From positions 119,916-183,915 of the forward strand of contig CAWBPF010000005.1 of the NCBI GenBank assembly GCA_963790515.1: a stretch of DNA of 64,000 bases, in the 5' to 3' direction. How positions within the stretch are numbered: the first letter of the stretch is position 1; each line of letters begins with the position of its first letter. Under the pieces are notes generated by a model. That model had not been told where the DNA came from, did not search any database, and was given only the letters and a program-made list of their open reading frames with translations. Both the position numbers and the translations under genes were made by a program. This stretch comes from an uncultured Alphaproteobacteria bacterium (GTDB lineage Bacteria > Pseudomonadota > Alphaproteobacteria > Acetobacterales > Acetobacteraceae). Shown here one piece after another: positions 27,431 to 38,117 of this stretch.

Positions 27431-30400
27431 ATGCCGACGCCGTTCTCCTCTCAGGATCTAAGCCGTGTCTTCGATGCCCGCATCCTTACCCGAGGCCGCG
27501 GTCTGGGTCTCGCCGGCGGCGTGGACGTGCAGCTCGACGGCGACACCATCACCGCCACCGTCAAGGACCACGCCTTCACCTACGACGTCCGCATCACCCC
27601 CTCCCTGCTCGGACGCCGCGTCGTCTTCGACCATCGTTGCACCTGCCGCGTCCCCGGTTGCGCCCATCTCGCCGCCACCGCCTTCGCCGCGCTCGACCGG
27701 TTCCCAACGCTACGCAAACCCGAACAGCAGACCTTCCTCGACTCGCTGACCACAGCGCCGACGGAAAAAGAGCGGCAACGCATCGTCTTCGAACTCGCGC
27801 CGGCCGAACCGCCACACGCCTGCGTCGTCACCACCCTGCTGATCGGCGAGCGCACCGGCATCGCCACCCCGACCACCCCACGCCAGATCGCCGGCAACGA
27901 ACAGGCCGACCCGGCGATCCGCGACCTCGCCTACCTGCTGGGGGACGGGACCGAAACCCGCACCGGCGTTTCCGCCACCCTGGTGGTCGATCTCTTGGAC
28001 GCTCTCGTGGAAAGCGGCCATGCACGCTGGCACGCCGGCGGCCGCCGCCTGATCAAGGGCGAAACCCGTATCTTCGCCTCCGCCTCCGCCGCCACACTCC
28101 CACCCCGCTCCGGCGTGATCGTCGCCGATTCCGGTCCTTGGTATGTCGACGCCACAACCGGCGCCGTCGCCCGCGTCCGCATCCAACCCCCCGCTTCGCC
28201 CCCCAGGCCCGCCTTTGTGGCCCCCACGGCAGCCCCCGCCGCGCCACCAAAGCGCCGCCCCGATCCGGCGACGATCAGCGATCAAGTCATCGTCGACCGC
28301 CCGATGACGCCCGTCCTGCGCCTCACCCGCTTCCCCTGCCCTGACGAATTCGGCCGTCTGCAGCAACTGGACGCCCTGCTGCTGGAATTCGACTACGAGG
28401 GCGCCGCCATCCCATTCGACGACGATCGCCAGTTCGTCCGCGCCAACGGTCCCGACGGCCCGGTCTTCATCCGCCGCGACCGGGCAGCCGAGGCCGCCGC
28501 GCAGGACACCCTCCGCCAGGAAGGCCTGGTGCAAATGCGCATGGCCACCGGAAAATCCGAAAAAGGCCGCCTCGTCTTCGTCTTCCGCGGCCGCGAAGCC
28601 GCCGAAGCCTGGCAGGGCTTCGTCGCCGAACGCCTCCCATCCCTCCATGCGCTGGGTTGGCAGCAACCAGATCGACACCGATTTCGGCCCCCGCCTCGCC
28701 GAGAACATCGGCCTCTGCGACCTCAAGGTTGCCGATGCGCCAAAGGGCGCCTTTTCCCTCGATTTCGGCATCGAGATCGACGGCGTCCGCCATCCCCTGC
28801 TGCCCATCCTGATGCGCCTGCGGGAACGCGGCGGCATCGGCAGCCGCGCGGATCATCGACGGCGAAGTCGTCACCAGCCTGGAGGACGGCCGCATCCTGA
28901 AGCTGCCGGCCGATCGCATCGCCCGCCTGCTCGCGGTGATCGACGACCTGATCGAAGCCGCCGCGCGCACCACCGACGACACCCTGGTGCTGGACGCCGA
29001 CGCCGCACCCAGCGTGCTGGACCTGGAGGACATCGTCACCACCCGCTGGCAGGACGGCGCCGTCATCGCCGACGCACGTCGCCCGCTTCCGTCCCGTCGC
29101 CGACATCCCGCAGGCCGCCGGTCCCCGCCACCTTCACCGCCAGCCTGCGCCCCTATCAGCAGCAAGGCGTGAACTGGCTGCAGCATCTGCGCGCCAGAAC
29201 AACCTGGGCGGATTGCTCGCCGACGACATGGGCCTCGGCAAGACCGCCCAGACCATCGCCCACATCGCCATCGAGGAAGACGCCGGCCGCCTCGATCGAC
29301 CAGCCCTGGTCGTCGTGCCGACCAGCCTGGTGCCGAACTGGACCGCCGAACTCACCCGCTTCGCCCCCCACCTGCGCGTCGCCGTGCTGCACGGTCTCGA
29401 CCGCCACGAACGCGGCGCGACCTGACCGGCGTGCACGTCGTCATCACCACCTACACCGTGCTGGCGCGCGACATCGAGGACATGGCCGCGCTGCCCTGGC
29501 ACATGGTGGTGCTGGACGAGGCCCAGGCGATCAAAAGCCCGACCGCCAAGGCGACCCATGCGGTCTGCCGGCTGGACACCCGCCACCGCCTCTGCCTGTC
29601 CGGCACGCCGATCGAGAACAACCTCGGCGAGCTCTGGTCGCAGTTCGCCTTCCTGATGCCGGGCCTGCTCGGCCAGCGCAAAAGCTTCAACCGCCGCTTC
29701 CGCGCGCCGATCGAGAAAGACGGCGATCCCGGTCCGGCGCGGCCAGCTGGCCTCGCGCATCCGCCCGTTCATCCTGCGCCGCACCAAATCCGCCGTGGCC
29801 ACCGAACTGCCGCCGAAGCACACCATCCTGCGCCGCATCACCCTGGCCCCCGATCAGCGCGAACTCTACGAAACCATCCGGGCCACGATGCATGAGAAGG
29901 TGACGCCAGGGCATCGCCGCCCGCGGCGTCGGCGCAGAGCCATATGCTGGTGCTCGAGGCGCTGCTTGAAACTGCGCCAGGTCTGCTGCGATCCGCGCCT
30001 GGTCAAGCTTCCCTCCGCAAGGCTCGCCGACAGCTCAAGCAAGCTGGACGACCTGATGGAGATGGTGTCGGAGATGATCGCCGAAGGCCGCCGCGATCCT
30101 GTTGTTCTCCCAGTTCACCTCGATGCTCGACCTGATGAAGCCGGCGCTGACCGCCGCCGGCATCCGCTTCGTCGAACTGCGCGGCGACACCGTCGACCGC
30201 GCCGCACCGGTGCGCCGGTTCGAGGCCGGCGAGGTCCCGCTCTTCCTGATCAGCCTCAAGGCCGGCGGCCGCGGCCTGAACCTGACCTCCGCCGATACCG
30301 TCATCCATTACGATCCCTGGTGGAACCCCGCCGTCGAGGACCAGGCGTCCGACCGCGCCCACCGCATCGGCCAGACCAAATCGGTGTTCGTTTACAAGCT

Positions 30401-30563
30401 GATCGCGGCCGACACCGTGGAAGAACGCATCGTCGAATTGCAGGAACGCAAAGCCGCCTTGGCCACCCTTGCCCTGAGCGACGAAGGGATGGCGCTGCCG
30501 GAGATGGATGCGTCCGACATCGACTACCTGTTCGGCGTAACGCCGGATCTCCTGGCGGCGTAG
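27431..30563 (+). CDS. SWIM zinc-finger SNF2/DEAD-box helicase (several frameshifts)
   Basis: CTC...CAH SWIM; [71 protein letters not shown] spread across frames. Confidence 0.88.
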
Positions 30564-30732
30564 GCAGCAACGCAATGCGGCGCCGGGCAAGTGCGGCATG
30601 GCCGACAAGTGCGTCGGAACGCCAACAAAGCCGCCTGCACGAACAAAGACTGAGCGCATGTTCATCACTGCAAACCGTAGCGACGATTGGTGAACTGGCA
30701 CCAAGCCAGGCCGCGCCCTACGCCGACCCCCA

Positions 30733-30786
30733 GGCTTGGTCGGATAAAACGGCTCAACCAGATACAAAGGCTTGATCGGATACAAA
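30733..30786 (+). repeat. Degenerate 18-bp tandem repeat x3
   Basis: GGCTTGGTCGGATAAAAC / GGCTCAACCAGATACAAA / GGCTTGATCGGATACAAA. Confidence 0.6.
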
Positions 30787-31205
30787 AATGACTTCGGCGC
30801 TTGACACCCCAAACGCCTATCCAATCGGAATATCAGACCGCTGCCGCGATGAAAAGCCCCAGCCCGTGCCGGCTTTCGCCCTGATCCGCAATCGCGACAT
30901 CGTGAACTTCATGTTGCCCCCTTGCGCGTCCATGCGCTAAGATCGGATGTTTTCTCGCCCATACCTGCGCTTCAGGGGTTTGCCTCTCATCGCCTCACAT
31001 TACATTCTGGAACAACACGTTCCCTAGCGCCACGGCGCTCGATGCACGATATGTCTCCAGGACTTCCGGCAGCCTCTGCCCTGTCGCCTGCTGACGACAG
31101 CAAAAGGCCCGCTGAACTCGCCTACGGTGCAACACGCGGCATCAGGTCTTCCGCGCGAAAATACGGGAATCAGGGTCATCCTGTTTTTTACGGAGTGGAT
31201 CGCAG

Positions 31206-31961
31206 GTGCGTGTAGCGACTTTTAATGTGCATAAATGTGTCGGTCCGGATGGCGCCTACCGACCGGACCGCGTAGCGGCCGTTATCGCCGAACTGAACGC
31301 CGATCTGGTGGCGGTTCAGGAAGCCGACCAGCGGTTTGGCAAACGCAACGGCCTGCTCAATCCTGACCATCTGCTGCAAACCACCGGCATGCACCTGCTG
31401 TCGCAGTCGGATCTGCCAGGCGGTCACGGCTGGCACGGCAACACCCTGCTGGTCCGCCACAAGCCGGTTTCCTATTCCAGGCGCCGGCTCGCGCTGCCCG
31501 GCAAGGAAGCCCGCGGCGCCGTCGTCGCGGACATCGATTTCGGCTTCGGCCCGATCCGCTTCATCGCCACCCATATGGGTTTGCTCCGGAACTGCCGGTA
31601 TCAACAAGCCGGCGCCATCCTCTCCGCCCTGGCACGGCTTCCACCGCTGCCAACCGTCCTGCTCGGTGATCTCAACGAGTGGCGCTCCTGGCGCGGCCCC
31701 CTCAAGGTGTTCGAGCCATTCTTTGGCCGCGTCCAGGGCAGCCCAAGCTTTCCCTCCCGCATGCCTGTGCTGTCACTCGACCGTATCATGGGATGGCCGC
31801 GCGACCTCGTATCGAACGTGGAAACACACAAGACGCCGCTGGCCCGGGAGGCGTCGGATCACCTGCCGGTCAAAGCCATTTTGCGGCTGGAGGCAATGTC
31901 CACCGCAAACGACGATGCACTCGAAGCCCTCGTCGGAATAACGTCGGACCTGCAGATCTAG
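31206..31961 (+). CDS. Endonuclease/exonuclease/phosphatase family protein
   Basis: ATFNVH, DLVAVQEAD, GDLNEW, LDRI, ASDHLPV. Confidence 0.92.
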   Translation: MRVATFNVHKCVGPDGAYRPDRVAAVIAELNADLVAVQEADQRFGKRNGLLNPDHLLQTTGMHLLSQSDLPGGHGWHGNTLLVRHKPVSYSRRRLALPGKEARGAVVADIDFGFGPIRFIATHMGLLRNCRYQQAGAILSALARLPPLPTVLLGDLNEWRSWRGPLKVFEPFFGRVQGSPSFPSRMPVLSLDRIMGWPRDLVSNVETHKTPLAREASDHLPVKAILRLEAMSTANDDALEALVGITSDLQI

Positions 31962-32065
31962 GGCGCCCAGATCCAAGGCGCCCAAATCCAAGGCGCCCAG
32001 ACCCAACGCGCCCAGACCCAACGCGCCCAGACCCAACGCGCCCAGACCCAAGGCGCCCAGCTAGG
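31953..32065 (+). repeat. 15-bp tandem repeat, about 7.5 copies
   Basis: Units of CAGAYCCAASGCGCC; the first unit CAGATCTAGGGCGCC contains the EEP stop codon. Confidence 0.9.
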
Positions 32066-32505
32066 AAGCGCTGGGCCCGGCCAGCCGCCGCGGCCGGATC
32101 CGCACTCAGCGCGCCAGCAAATATCCGGATCAAACCCGCCGGGAAACGTTGGTAAAACTCGACAGCGGCAACCGGTCCCCGGCATGAGACAAAACGCCCG
32201 GCGGAACCTACACCGGATATCCCGACAGAACAGCCAAACCCTGCTCGGTCGCTTCCACACCAAAGTCGTCCACCAGGAAAACCTCGGATCTCTAGTTCGA
32301 CCGGACCACCAGTCAGTGCCCGATACCGTGCCGCTACTTGGAACTCTACAGTAACCGACAAACGGCACTGCAGCGATTGTTACAACGCAATTCCCAACCA
32401 CCGAACTCGCTTCGTCGCAAAAGTCCAGCCCCACCCTTGGTTTTCCATCGCCGCGAAACTGGTCTAGCGTCGCCCCCGACCGAAAGAGTCGATTGGAGGA
32501 TACGA

Positions 32506-33819
32506 ATGACGCCGGATTTTGAGAGTACCGTCATGCGCAAAGTGGCATGGCGCCTGATCCCCTTTCTTAGCATTGGCTACATGATCAATGCTCTCGACCG
32601 GTTCAACGTGTCGATGGCCGCGCTCACCATGAACAAGGACCTCGGCCTGAGCGCCAGCGCCTATGGTTTCGGGGCCGGAGCCTTCTTCTGGAGCTATATT
32701 CTATTCCAGTTCCCAGCCAATCTGATGCTCGCGCGAATTGGGGCACGCGTGTGGATCAGCCTCATTATGGCAACATGGGGCATATGTTCGGCCGGCACCT
32801 CCTTGATTACAGGAGAAACGAGTTTCGTTGCGGTCCGCGTTCTTCTCGGCGTCGCCGAGGCCGGATTTTTTCCCGGTGTCGCCTACTTCATGACATGCTG
32901 GTTCCCTGCGCTGCACCGAGGCCGCATGATGGGCATCTTCTATGCGGCCGGCGCATTCGCCGGTGTCCTCGGCGGCCCGCTCGGTGCCAACCTGCTGAAG
33001 CTGAACGGCACGTTTGGGCTGGCAGGCTGGCAATGGATCTTCGTGGTCGAGGGGATCCCCGCCATCCTGCTCGCGTTCTACGGCCTAGCAACCTTGTGTA
33101 ACCGGCCTGCCGAAGCCGGATGGCTCACCGCCGAACAACGCACATGGCTGCAGAACCGCCTCGACAGTGAAGCCGAAGCCAAATCCGGACACGGCAAAGG
33201 GCTACTGCAATCAATCGCCAATCCTCAGGTCGTGGCCCTGACTCTCGCCTATGTTCTTATCGCCTACGGTGTCTACGCCCTCGCATTCTTCCTCCCCCTC
33301 ATCGTCAAATCGCTCGGCCTGTCGAATACGGCGATCGGATATGTGCTGGTGCTGCCCAATATTTGCGGCACAGTCGGAATGATTCTGTGCTCCCGCAGTT
33401 CTGACCGCACAGGGGAGCGGATCTGGCACGTCGTCCTGCCGATTGTCTTGGCCGGGATCGGGGCAACCGTCGCCGCCCTGTCGCTCGGAAATATATACAT
33501 CGCAATGGCCGCCTTCTGCGTCGCCTTCTTCGGCATAGCGTCGTGCCTGCCGGTATTCTGGAACCTGCCAACCGCATATCTCGGCGCCGGTGCCGCGGCC
33601 GGCGGCATCGCCTTCATCAATTCGGTCGGCAACATCTCAGGCTACGCCGCACCACAGGTCACCGGATGGCTGCACGACGCGACCGGAGGCTACATGGTGG
33701 CCATGTTGGTGGCAGGCGTTGTCATGTGGACGGGCGGGGCGTTGATCCTGTTCTCCGGCATCGGCAAACACATTCCTCGGGAATCGCCGGTCCGGGGCAA
33801 CGCCCCCATCCTGCATTAG
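32506..33819 (+). CDS. MFS transporter, ACS/tartrate-phthalate permease family
   Basis: KVAWRLIPF...DRFNVSMA, LGVAEAGFFPG, GWQWIFVVEGIP, SDRTGER. Confidence 0.93.
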   Translation: MTPDFESTVMRKVAWRLIPFLSIGYMINALDRFNVSMAALTMNKDLGLSASAYGFGAGAFFWSYILFQFPANLMLARIGARVWISLIMATWGICSAGTSLITGETSFVAVRVLLGVAEAGFFPGVAYFMTCWFPALHRGRMMGIFYAAGAFAGVLGGPLGANLLKLNGTFGLAGWQWIFVVEGIPAILLAFYGLATLCNRPAEAGWLTAEQRTWLQNRLDSEAEAKSGHGKGLLQSIANPQVVALTLAYVLIAYGVYALAFFLPLIVKSLGLSNTAIGYVLVLPNICGTVGMILCSRSSDRTGERIWHVVLPIVLAGIGATVAALSLGNIYIAMAAFCVAFFGIASCLPVFWNLPTAYLGAGAAAGGIAFINSVGNISGYAAPQVTGWLHDATGGYMVAMLVAGVVMWTGGALILFSGIGKHIPRESPVRGNAPILH

Positions 33820-34317
33820 CGGCAACAGCGACAAAAGTGGTTCATCCGGGGCAGAGGAACAAAGCTATGACTGCGGCACGCACAACCGAAAGCCCTGGCC
33901 GAACTTCCAACCAGAATCCCGCCTGACGCCGCAAGATTGAACATCGCTGGCGCGGCGCGTCCGCACAGAGGATAACACACACCCGCCACCCTCGATCTTT
34001 CTCACCGACAAACGTCGCGCTGACCGGCGTGGTATCAGGCGTGCGCCGAACTGCGATCCTGAAGGGCAAGCTCGCCGCCCGCCCGAAGCTGGCGCCGCAC
34101 CCACGCCAACCCCCCAGCAACAGCGACGACCACACAGCCATCGGGCGCCTTCGTCGCCAGCGGCGCATCGAACACCAATCGCCCGCGATCTCCGCCTGCC
34201 ACGATCCACAGTCGGCGCGGCCCTGCGACCGACTGCCCGAGCAAAACATCCGCCAAAAACGAACCCGTCCCCGTGCATAAACGGCAAGGCCGAGCACCTC
34301 GCCACCTGCTCCCCAGC

Positions 34318-35454
34318 CTACCGCAGCGCGATTGCCTCGCCCACCACCGACGCCACCCGCCCCGTCGGCTCGAACGGCGCCAGATCCATCAACCCCGCCT
34401 GCCCCGTCACCAGATCCGCCAGCAGCCGCCCGGCGAACGGACCGATGGTCAGCCCAGCCGCCCCAAGCCCGTTGCCAACCGCCAGGCCGGCAACCCCCTC
34501 CATCCACCCCAGCAACGGTCGCACCGCCGCACCCACAGGACGAAATCCAACCCGCGTCTCCAGCATCGTCGCCACATCGAGACCCGGAGCAATCCGCAGC
34601 GCCTCGGACAACACCTCCGCCTGTCCCGCCGCCGTCACCCGATAATCAAACCCGGACCCGGTTTCCCGTGTCGCACCCGCGACGATCCGGCCGCCGTCGA
34701 ACGGCACGATGTAATGGCTGCCCGGCGGCAGGATCACCGGCCAGTCCCGGGTCTCCACGCCCTCCAGTCGCAGATGCACGATCTGACCGCGCTGCGGTTC
34801 GATCGCCATCCCAAGCCCCAAAGGCCGCAGCACCGCGTTGACCCAGGCGCCAGCCGTGACGATCACCCGATCGGCGGCCAGCCGCTCGCCGTCCGCATCC
34901 ACGCCCACCACGCGCCCCGCCTCCACCACCGGCGCCGCATGGGCCTGCAGGATCGAAGCCCCATGCCACGCAGCCGCCCGCAGCAGCGCAGCCGCCAGAC
35001 GCCGCCCGTCAACCCGCGCACCCCCGGCCACATGCACCCCGCCAAACCCGGGACGCAGCGGAGGAAACAGCGCCCGCGCCTCCGCCGGCGACATCCTCCC
35101 GACCGCTCCCATCGCCGGCACAGAACACTGCCTGGCCAGCCGCTCCAGCCACGCCAGTTCCTCGGCATCGTCGGACACCAGCATCGCCCCCGCCCGCCGG
35201 TAACCCAGATCAGTCTCGCCCGCCGCCGCCAGAGCCGCGATCAGCTCCGGGTAATACTCGCCGCCAGCCGCATACAGCCGGTAGAAAACCGCATCCTTCA
35301 CCCCGGACACCCAGGGGCATATGATGCCGGCGCCGGCCGCCGTGGCCCGCCCGTCCAAGGCTGCATCGACAACGGTGACCGTTGCCCCCGTCGCGGCAAG
35401 ATGGAAGGCCGCACTGGCCCCAAGCACGCCGGCCCCGATAATGACAATCCGCAT
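34318..35454 (-). CDS. FAD-dependent oxidoreductase, DAAO/DadA superfamily, YurR-like
   Basis: IIGAGVLGASAAFHLA, GRATAAGAGIICPW, VTAGAW, VAGATRE, RVGFRP, NGLGAAGLTIGP. Confidence 0.9.
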   Translation of the reverse strand: MRIVIIGAGVLGASAAFHLAATGATVTVVDAALDGRATAAGAGIICPWVSGVKDAVFYRLYAAGGEYYPELIAALAAAGETDLGYRRAGAMLVSDDAEELAWLERLARQCSVPAMGAVGRMSPAEARALFPPLRPGFGGVHVAGGARVDGRRLAAALLRAAAWHGASILQAHAAPVVEAGRVVGVDADGERLAADRVIVTAGAWVNAVLRPLGLGMAIEPQRGQIVHLRLEGVETRDWPVILPPGSHYIVPFDGGRIVAGATRETGSGFDYRVTAAGQAEVLSEALRIAPGLDVATMLETRVGFRPVGAAVRPLLGWMEGVAGLAVGNGLGAAGLTIGPFAGRLLADLVTGQAGLMDLAPFEPTGRVASVVGEAIALR

Positions 35455-35456
35455 GA

Positions 35457-35535
35457 CATCTCCCTTCGCTGGCATGACCCAGAGCAGGTTCACGGGTGTG
35501 ATCTCAGCCCTCACTGCGAAGGCACCCCGGTGCAG
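35457..35535 (-). promoter_or_regulatory. TPP riboswitch (THI element)
   Basis: Minus strand GGGGTGCC-ttcgcagtgag-GGCTGAGATCACACCCGTGAACCTGCTCTGGGTCATGCCAGCGAAGGGA matches the conserved CTGAGA...ACCC...ACCTG...ATGCCAGCGNAGGGA core; its 3' end overlaps the SD just before ATG 35454. Confidence 0.92.
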
Positions 35536-35864
35536 CCTTCACTTTCGCCCTGACGGCCCCGATGTCAAGCCGACCGCCCCACGCTTCCAAGCCGCCCACC
35601 GGCCCCCGGTGACCGAGAACACCCGCCACGGACTATCCGCGGCAGCGGTCCCGCTCCCCGGCGACGAAACCGCAGAGGTCCGCACGCAAATCACACACGA
35701 TCGCCACCACCAACCGCCTCCACCGAACCGCTCGGTCATTCGAACGATTGAAACGACCCATCCGCCGCACACCGCCCCACCCAGCCTCATGTCCCGGAAT
35801 ATGGCGGACAACCGCACGCCCTGATAAGGATTTCCCCATCCCGAGCATTTGGAGTGTCCAACAG

Positions 35865-36758
35865 ATGTCAGGCAGCACCGAGCCCCACCGGCGCCGACGC
35901 TTACGCTACGTTGCCGCACAGTTCGGCGGCACCGAGATCGTCGCCACCGACGCCCCTCGTTACGACTGGCGCGATCCCTACCACGCCCTTCTCGCCATCG
36001 GCTGGGGACCGTTTCTGCTCGGCGTGCTCGCTTATTATCTGGCCCTGAACGCGCTGTTCGGCACCCTTTACGCCGTGCGGCCCGGCAGTGTTGCCAACCT
36101 CACGCCCGGACACTGGGGCGATGCGTTCTTCTTCAGCGTCGAGACCTTCGGCTCCGTCGGCTATGGCGTCATGGCGCCACAGACACCCTATGGCCACCTC
36201 GTGGCAACGGCGGAGATCTTCCTCGGGCTGCTGTCCAGCGCGGTCCTCACCGGCCTGATCTTCGTCCGCTTCGCCCGCCCCCGCGCCAACATGGAATTCA
36301 GCCGCCAGATCACCATCGCCCCGCATGACGGCGTGCCAACCTTGTCGCTACAGGTCTGCAACCGCCGCACCGGGACCATTTACAACGCGGAAGCCTGCCT
36401 AACCCTGGTGCGGCGCTATCGAACCCTGGAAGGCCGCGACATGTGGCGCGCCTACGACATGCCGTTGATGCGCAGCCGTGTACAGGCCCTGTCGCTCGCC
36501 TTGGTACTCCGCCATGTGATCGAACCCAGCAGTCCGGTATACGGCCTCACGACCGATCAACTCATCGAAATGGACGCCCAGTTTGTCGTTTCAATCAGCG
36601 GCACCGATGCGACGCTTTCCGCGCCGGTGCATGCCGTCCACGCCTATGAAACCCCCGACCTGCTCTGGGGATATCGCTTCGCCGATGTCATGACGGTGGA
36701 CGGACGCGGTCGCACCCGCATCGAACTGGCCCGCCTGCACGAAGTCCTTCCCGTCTGA
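35865..36758 (+). CDS. KirBac-type inward rectifier potassium channel
   Basis: DPYHALL, FFFSVETFGSVGYG, GLIFVRFARPRA, GVPTL, cytoplasmic Kir domain (RFADV). Confidence 0.9.
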   Translation: MSGSTEPHRRRRLRYVAAQFGGTEIVATDAPRYDWRDPYHALLAIGWGPFLLGVLAYYLALNALFGTLYAVRPGSVANLTPGHWGDAFFFSVETFGSVGYGVMAPQTPYGHLVATAEIFLGLLSSAVLTGLIFVRFARPRANMEFSRQITIAPHDGVPTLSLQVCNRRTGTIYNAEACLTLVRRYRTLEGRDMWRAYDMPLMRSRVQALSLALVLRHVIEPSSPVYGLTTDQLIEMDAQFVVSISGTDATLSAPVHAVHAYETPDLLWGYRFADVMTVDGRGRTRIELARLHEVLPV

Positions 36759-36978
36759 ACCAACATCGCCCTGACGGGAACATTCGGGGTGATAAGTTGC
36801 TCTCAAATAAAGCGATAGAACGCGCTGACTATTTACAGTCAGCCAGAAAGCGCTGTAGCGACCGGTGCAAGCTGACCGTAAACGCTCAGAACGCACGATC
36901 CGCGTTACCACAGCCCGCCCCCCAGCGCCGACACCCCGCGGCAACCCGCCGCCACCAGCACACCGCCACCGTCCCAGC

Positions 36979-37629
36979 CTAACCCCCGGTGCGAGGCCAT
37001 CCCGCCAGCGCCGTGGCGTAATACTGCGCCGAGGCCCGTAAATCATCCGCCAGTGCCGGGTCATCCACAGCCCGCGCCAACACCATGCCGCCCACGCACA
37101 TCGAAACAATCCCGAGCGCCCGGCGACGGTCAGCCTCGGCATCGGCCGTGCCGTCATCCTCGGCAAACGGATCGGGTCCGAAATTCTCCGCCAGAAGATC
37201 GATCATCATCGACAGCACCTGGCGATACGCAGTCTTGGCCGCCGTGCCGACACGCGCCACATCCGTCGCCAGACCGATCATCGGGCAGGAATAATCGACA
37301 TCCTCAAGATGATCGCGCGACAGATAGGCATCGATCACCGCCCGCGCCCGCTCCTGCCCGTTCGCCGGATCAGCGCCCGCCAGCGCCTGCATGGCGCTGT
37401 GCTGCCAGGACGACGGCGGCACCTGGCAATGCAGGAAGTGGGTGATCGCCTCCGCGTACAGATCTTCCTTGCTCGGAAAGTAGCTGTAGAACCCGCCGCG
37501 GGTCAGACCGGCACCAGCCATGATCTCGTCGATCGAGATCTCAGTCAGTCCATTTCGATTAAATAACTTTCTCGCGCTGTCAAGGATCTTGGTCCGCATC
37601 TCACGCTTATGGTCGGCTGGATAAGGCAT
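36979..37629 (-). CDS. TetR-family transcriptional regulator
   Basis: ILDSARKLF...IDEIMAGAGLTRGGFYSYFPSKEDL. Confidence 0.93.
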   Translation of the reverse strand: MPYPADHKREMRTKILDSARKLFNRNGLTEISIDEIMAGAGLTRGGFYSYFPSKEDLYAEAITHFLHCQVPPSSWQHSAMQALAGADPANGQERARAVIDAYLSRDHLEDVDYSCPMIGLATDVARVGTAAKTAYRQVLSMMIDLLAENFGPDPFAEDDGTADAEADRRRALGIVSMCVGGMVLARAVDDPALADDLRASAQYYATALAGWPRTGG

Positions 37630-37748
37630 CCTGGTCGCTCCCGTTCAGTCGTCCCGTCCTTAAAGCAACTCAAAATATGTTCTTGAACATATATTATCCC
37701 CCGCACACTGTCGCGGCCAACGCAAATCATCCGGGAAGGACTGCCGCA

Positions 37749-38117
37749 ATGGCCAATCCATTTGTCCATGTCGAGCTGAATACCACCGACCTCGCCAACG
37801 CAAAGCAGTTCTACAGCGCACTGTTTGACTGGAAACTGGACGACGTGCCGATGGGACCCGGCATGGCCTACACCATGATCGGCGTCGGCGAGGGCACCGC
37901 TGGCGGCATGCAGAAACATCCGATGCCCGAGCATGGCTCAGGGTGGCTCGCCTATGTGGCTGTCGATGACATCAACGCCGCCACCGAAAAAGCCCGCACC
38001 CTCGGCGCCCACATCGTGCGCGAGCCGACGGAGGTGATGGGCGCCGGCCACCTGTCGATCATCGCCGACCCGACCGGTGCGACCCTCGGCCTCTGGCAGG
38101 CGGCCGCAAAGCCATGA
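37749..38117 (+). CDS. VOC/glyoxalase family protein
   Basis: FVHVELNTTDLANAKQFYSALFDW...WLAYVAVDDI...DPTGATLGLWQ. Confidence 0.92.
   Translation: MANPFVHVELNTTDLANAKQFYSALFDWKLDDVPMGPGMAYTMIGVGEGTAGGMQKHPMPEHGSGWLAYVAVDDINAATEKARTLGAHIVREPTEVMGAGHLSIIADPTGATLGLWQAAAKP

Noticed and set aside
27431-30563. SNF2 helicase as part of an anti-phage system
   Set aside because: Stand-alone SWIM-SNF2 architecture with no methylase, nuclease or other defence genes adjacent.
31953-32065. Possible CRISPR array (also considered 27143-27214 and 63791-63858)
   Set aside because: Head-to-tail 15-24 bp units with no unique spacers and no cas genes.
34318-35514. N-terminal extension MRAEITPVNLLWVMPAKGDV on the oxidoreductase
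   Set aside because: It is the translated riboswitch; the Rossmann fold starts at ATG 35454.
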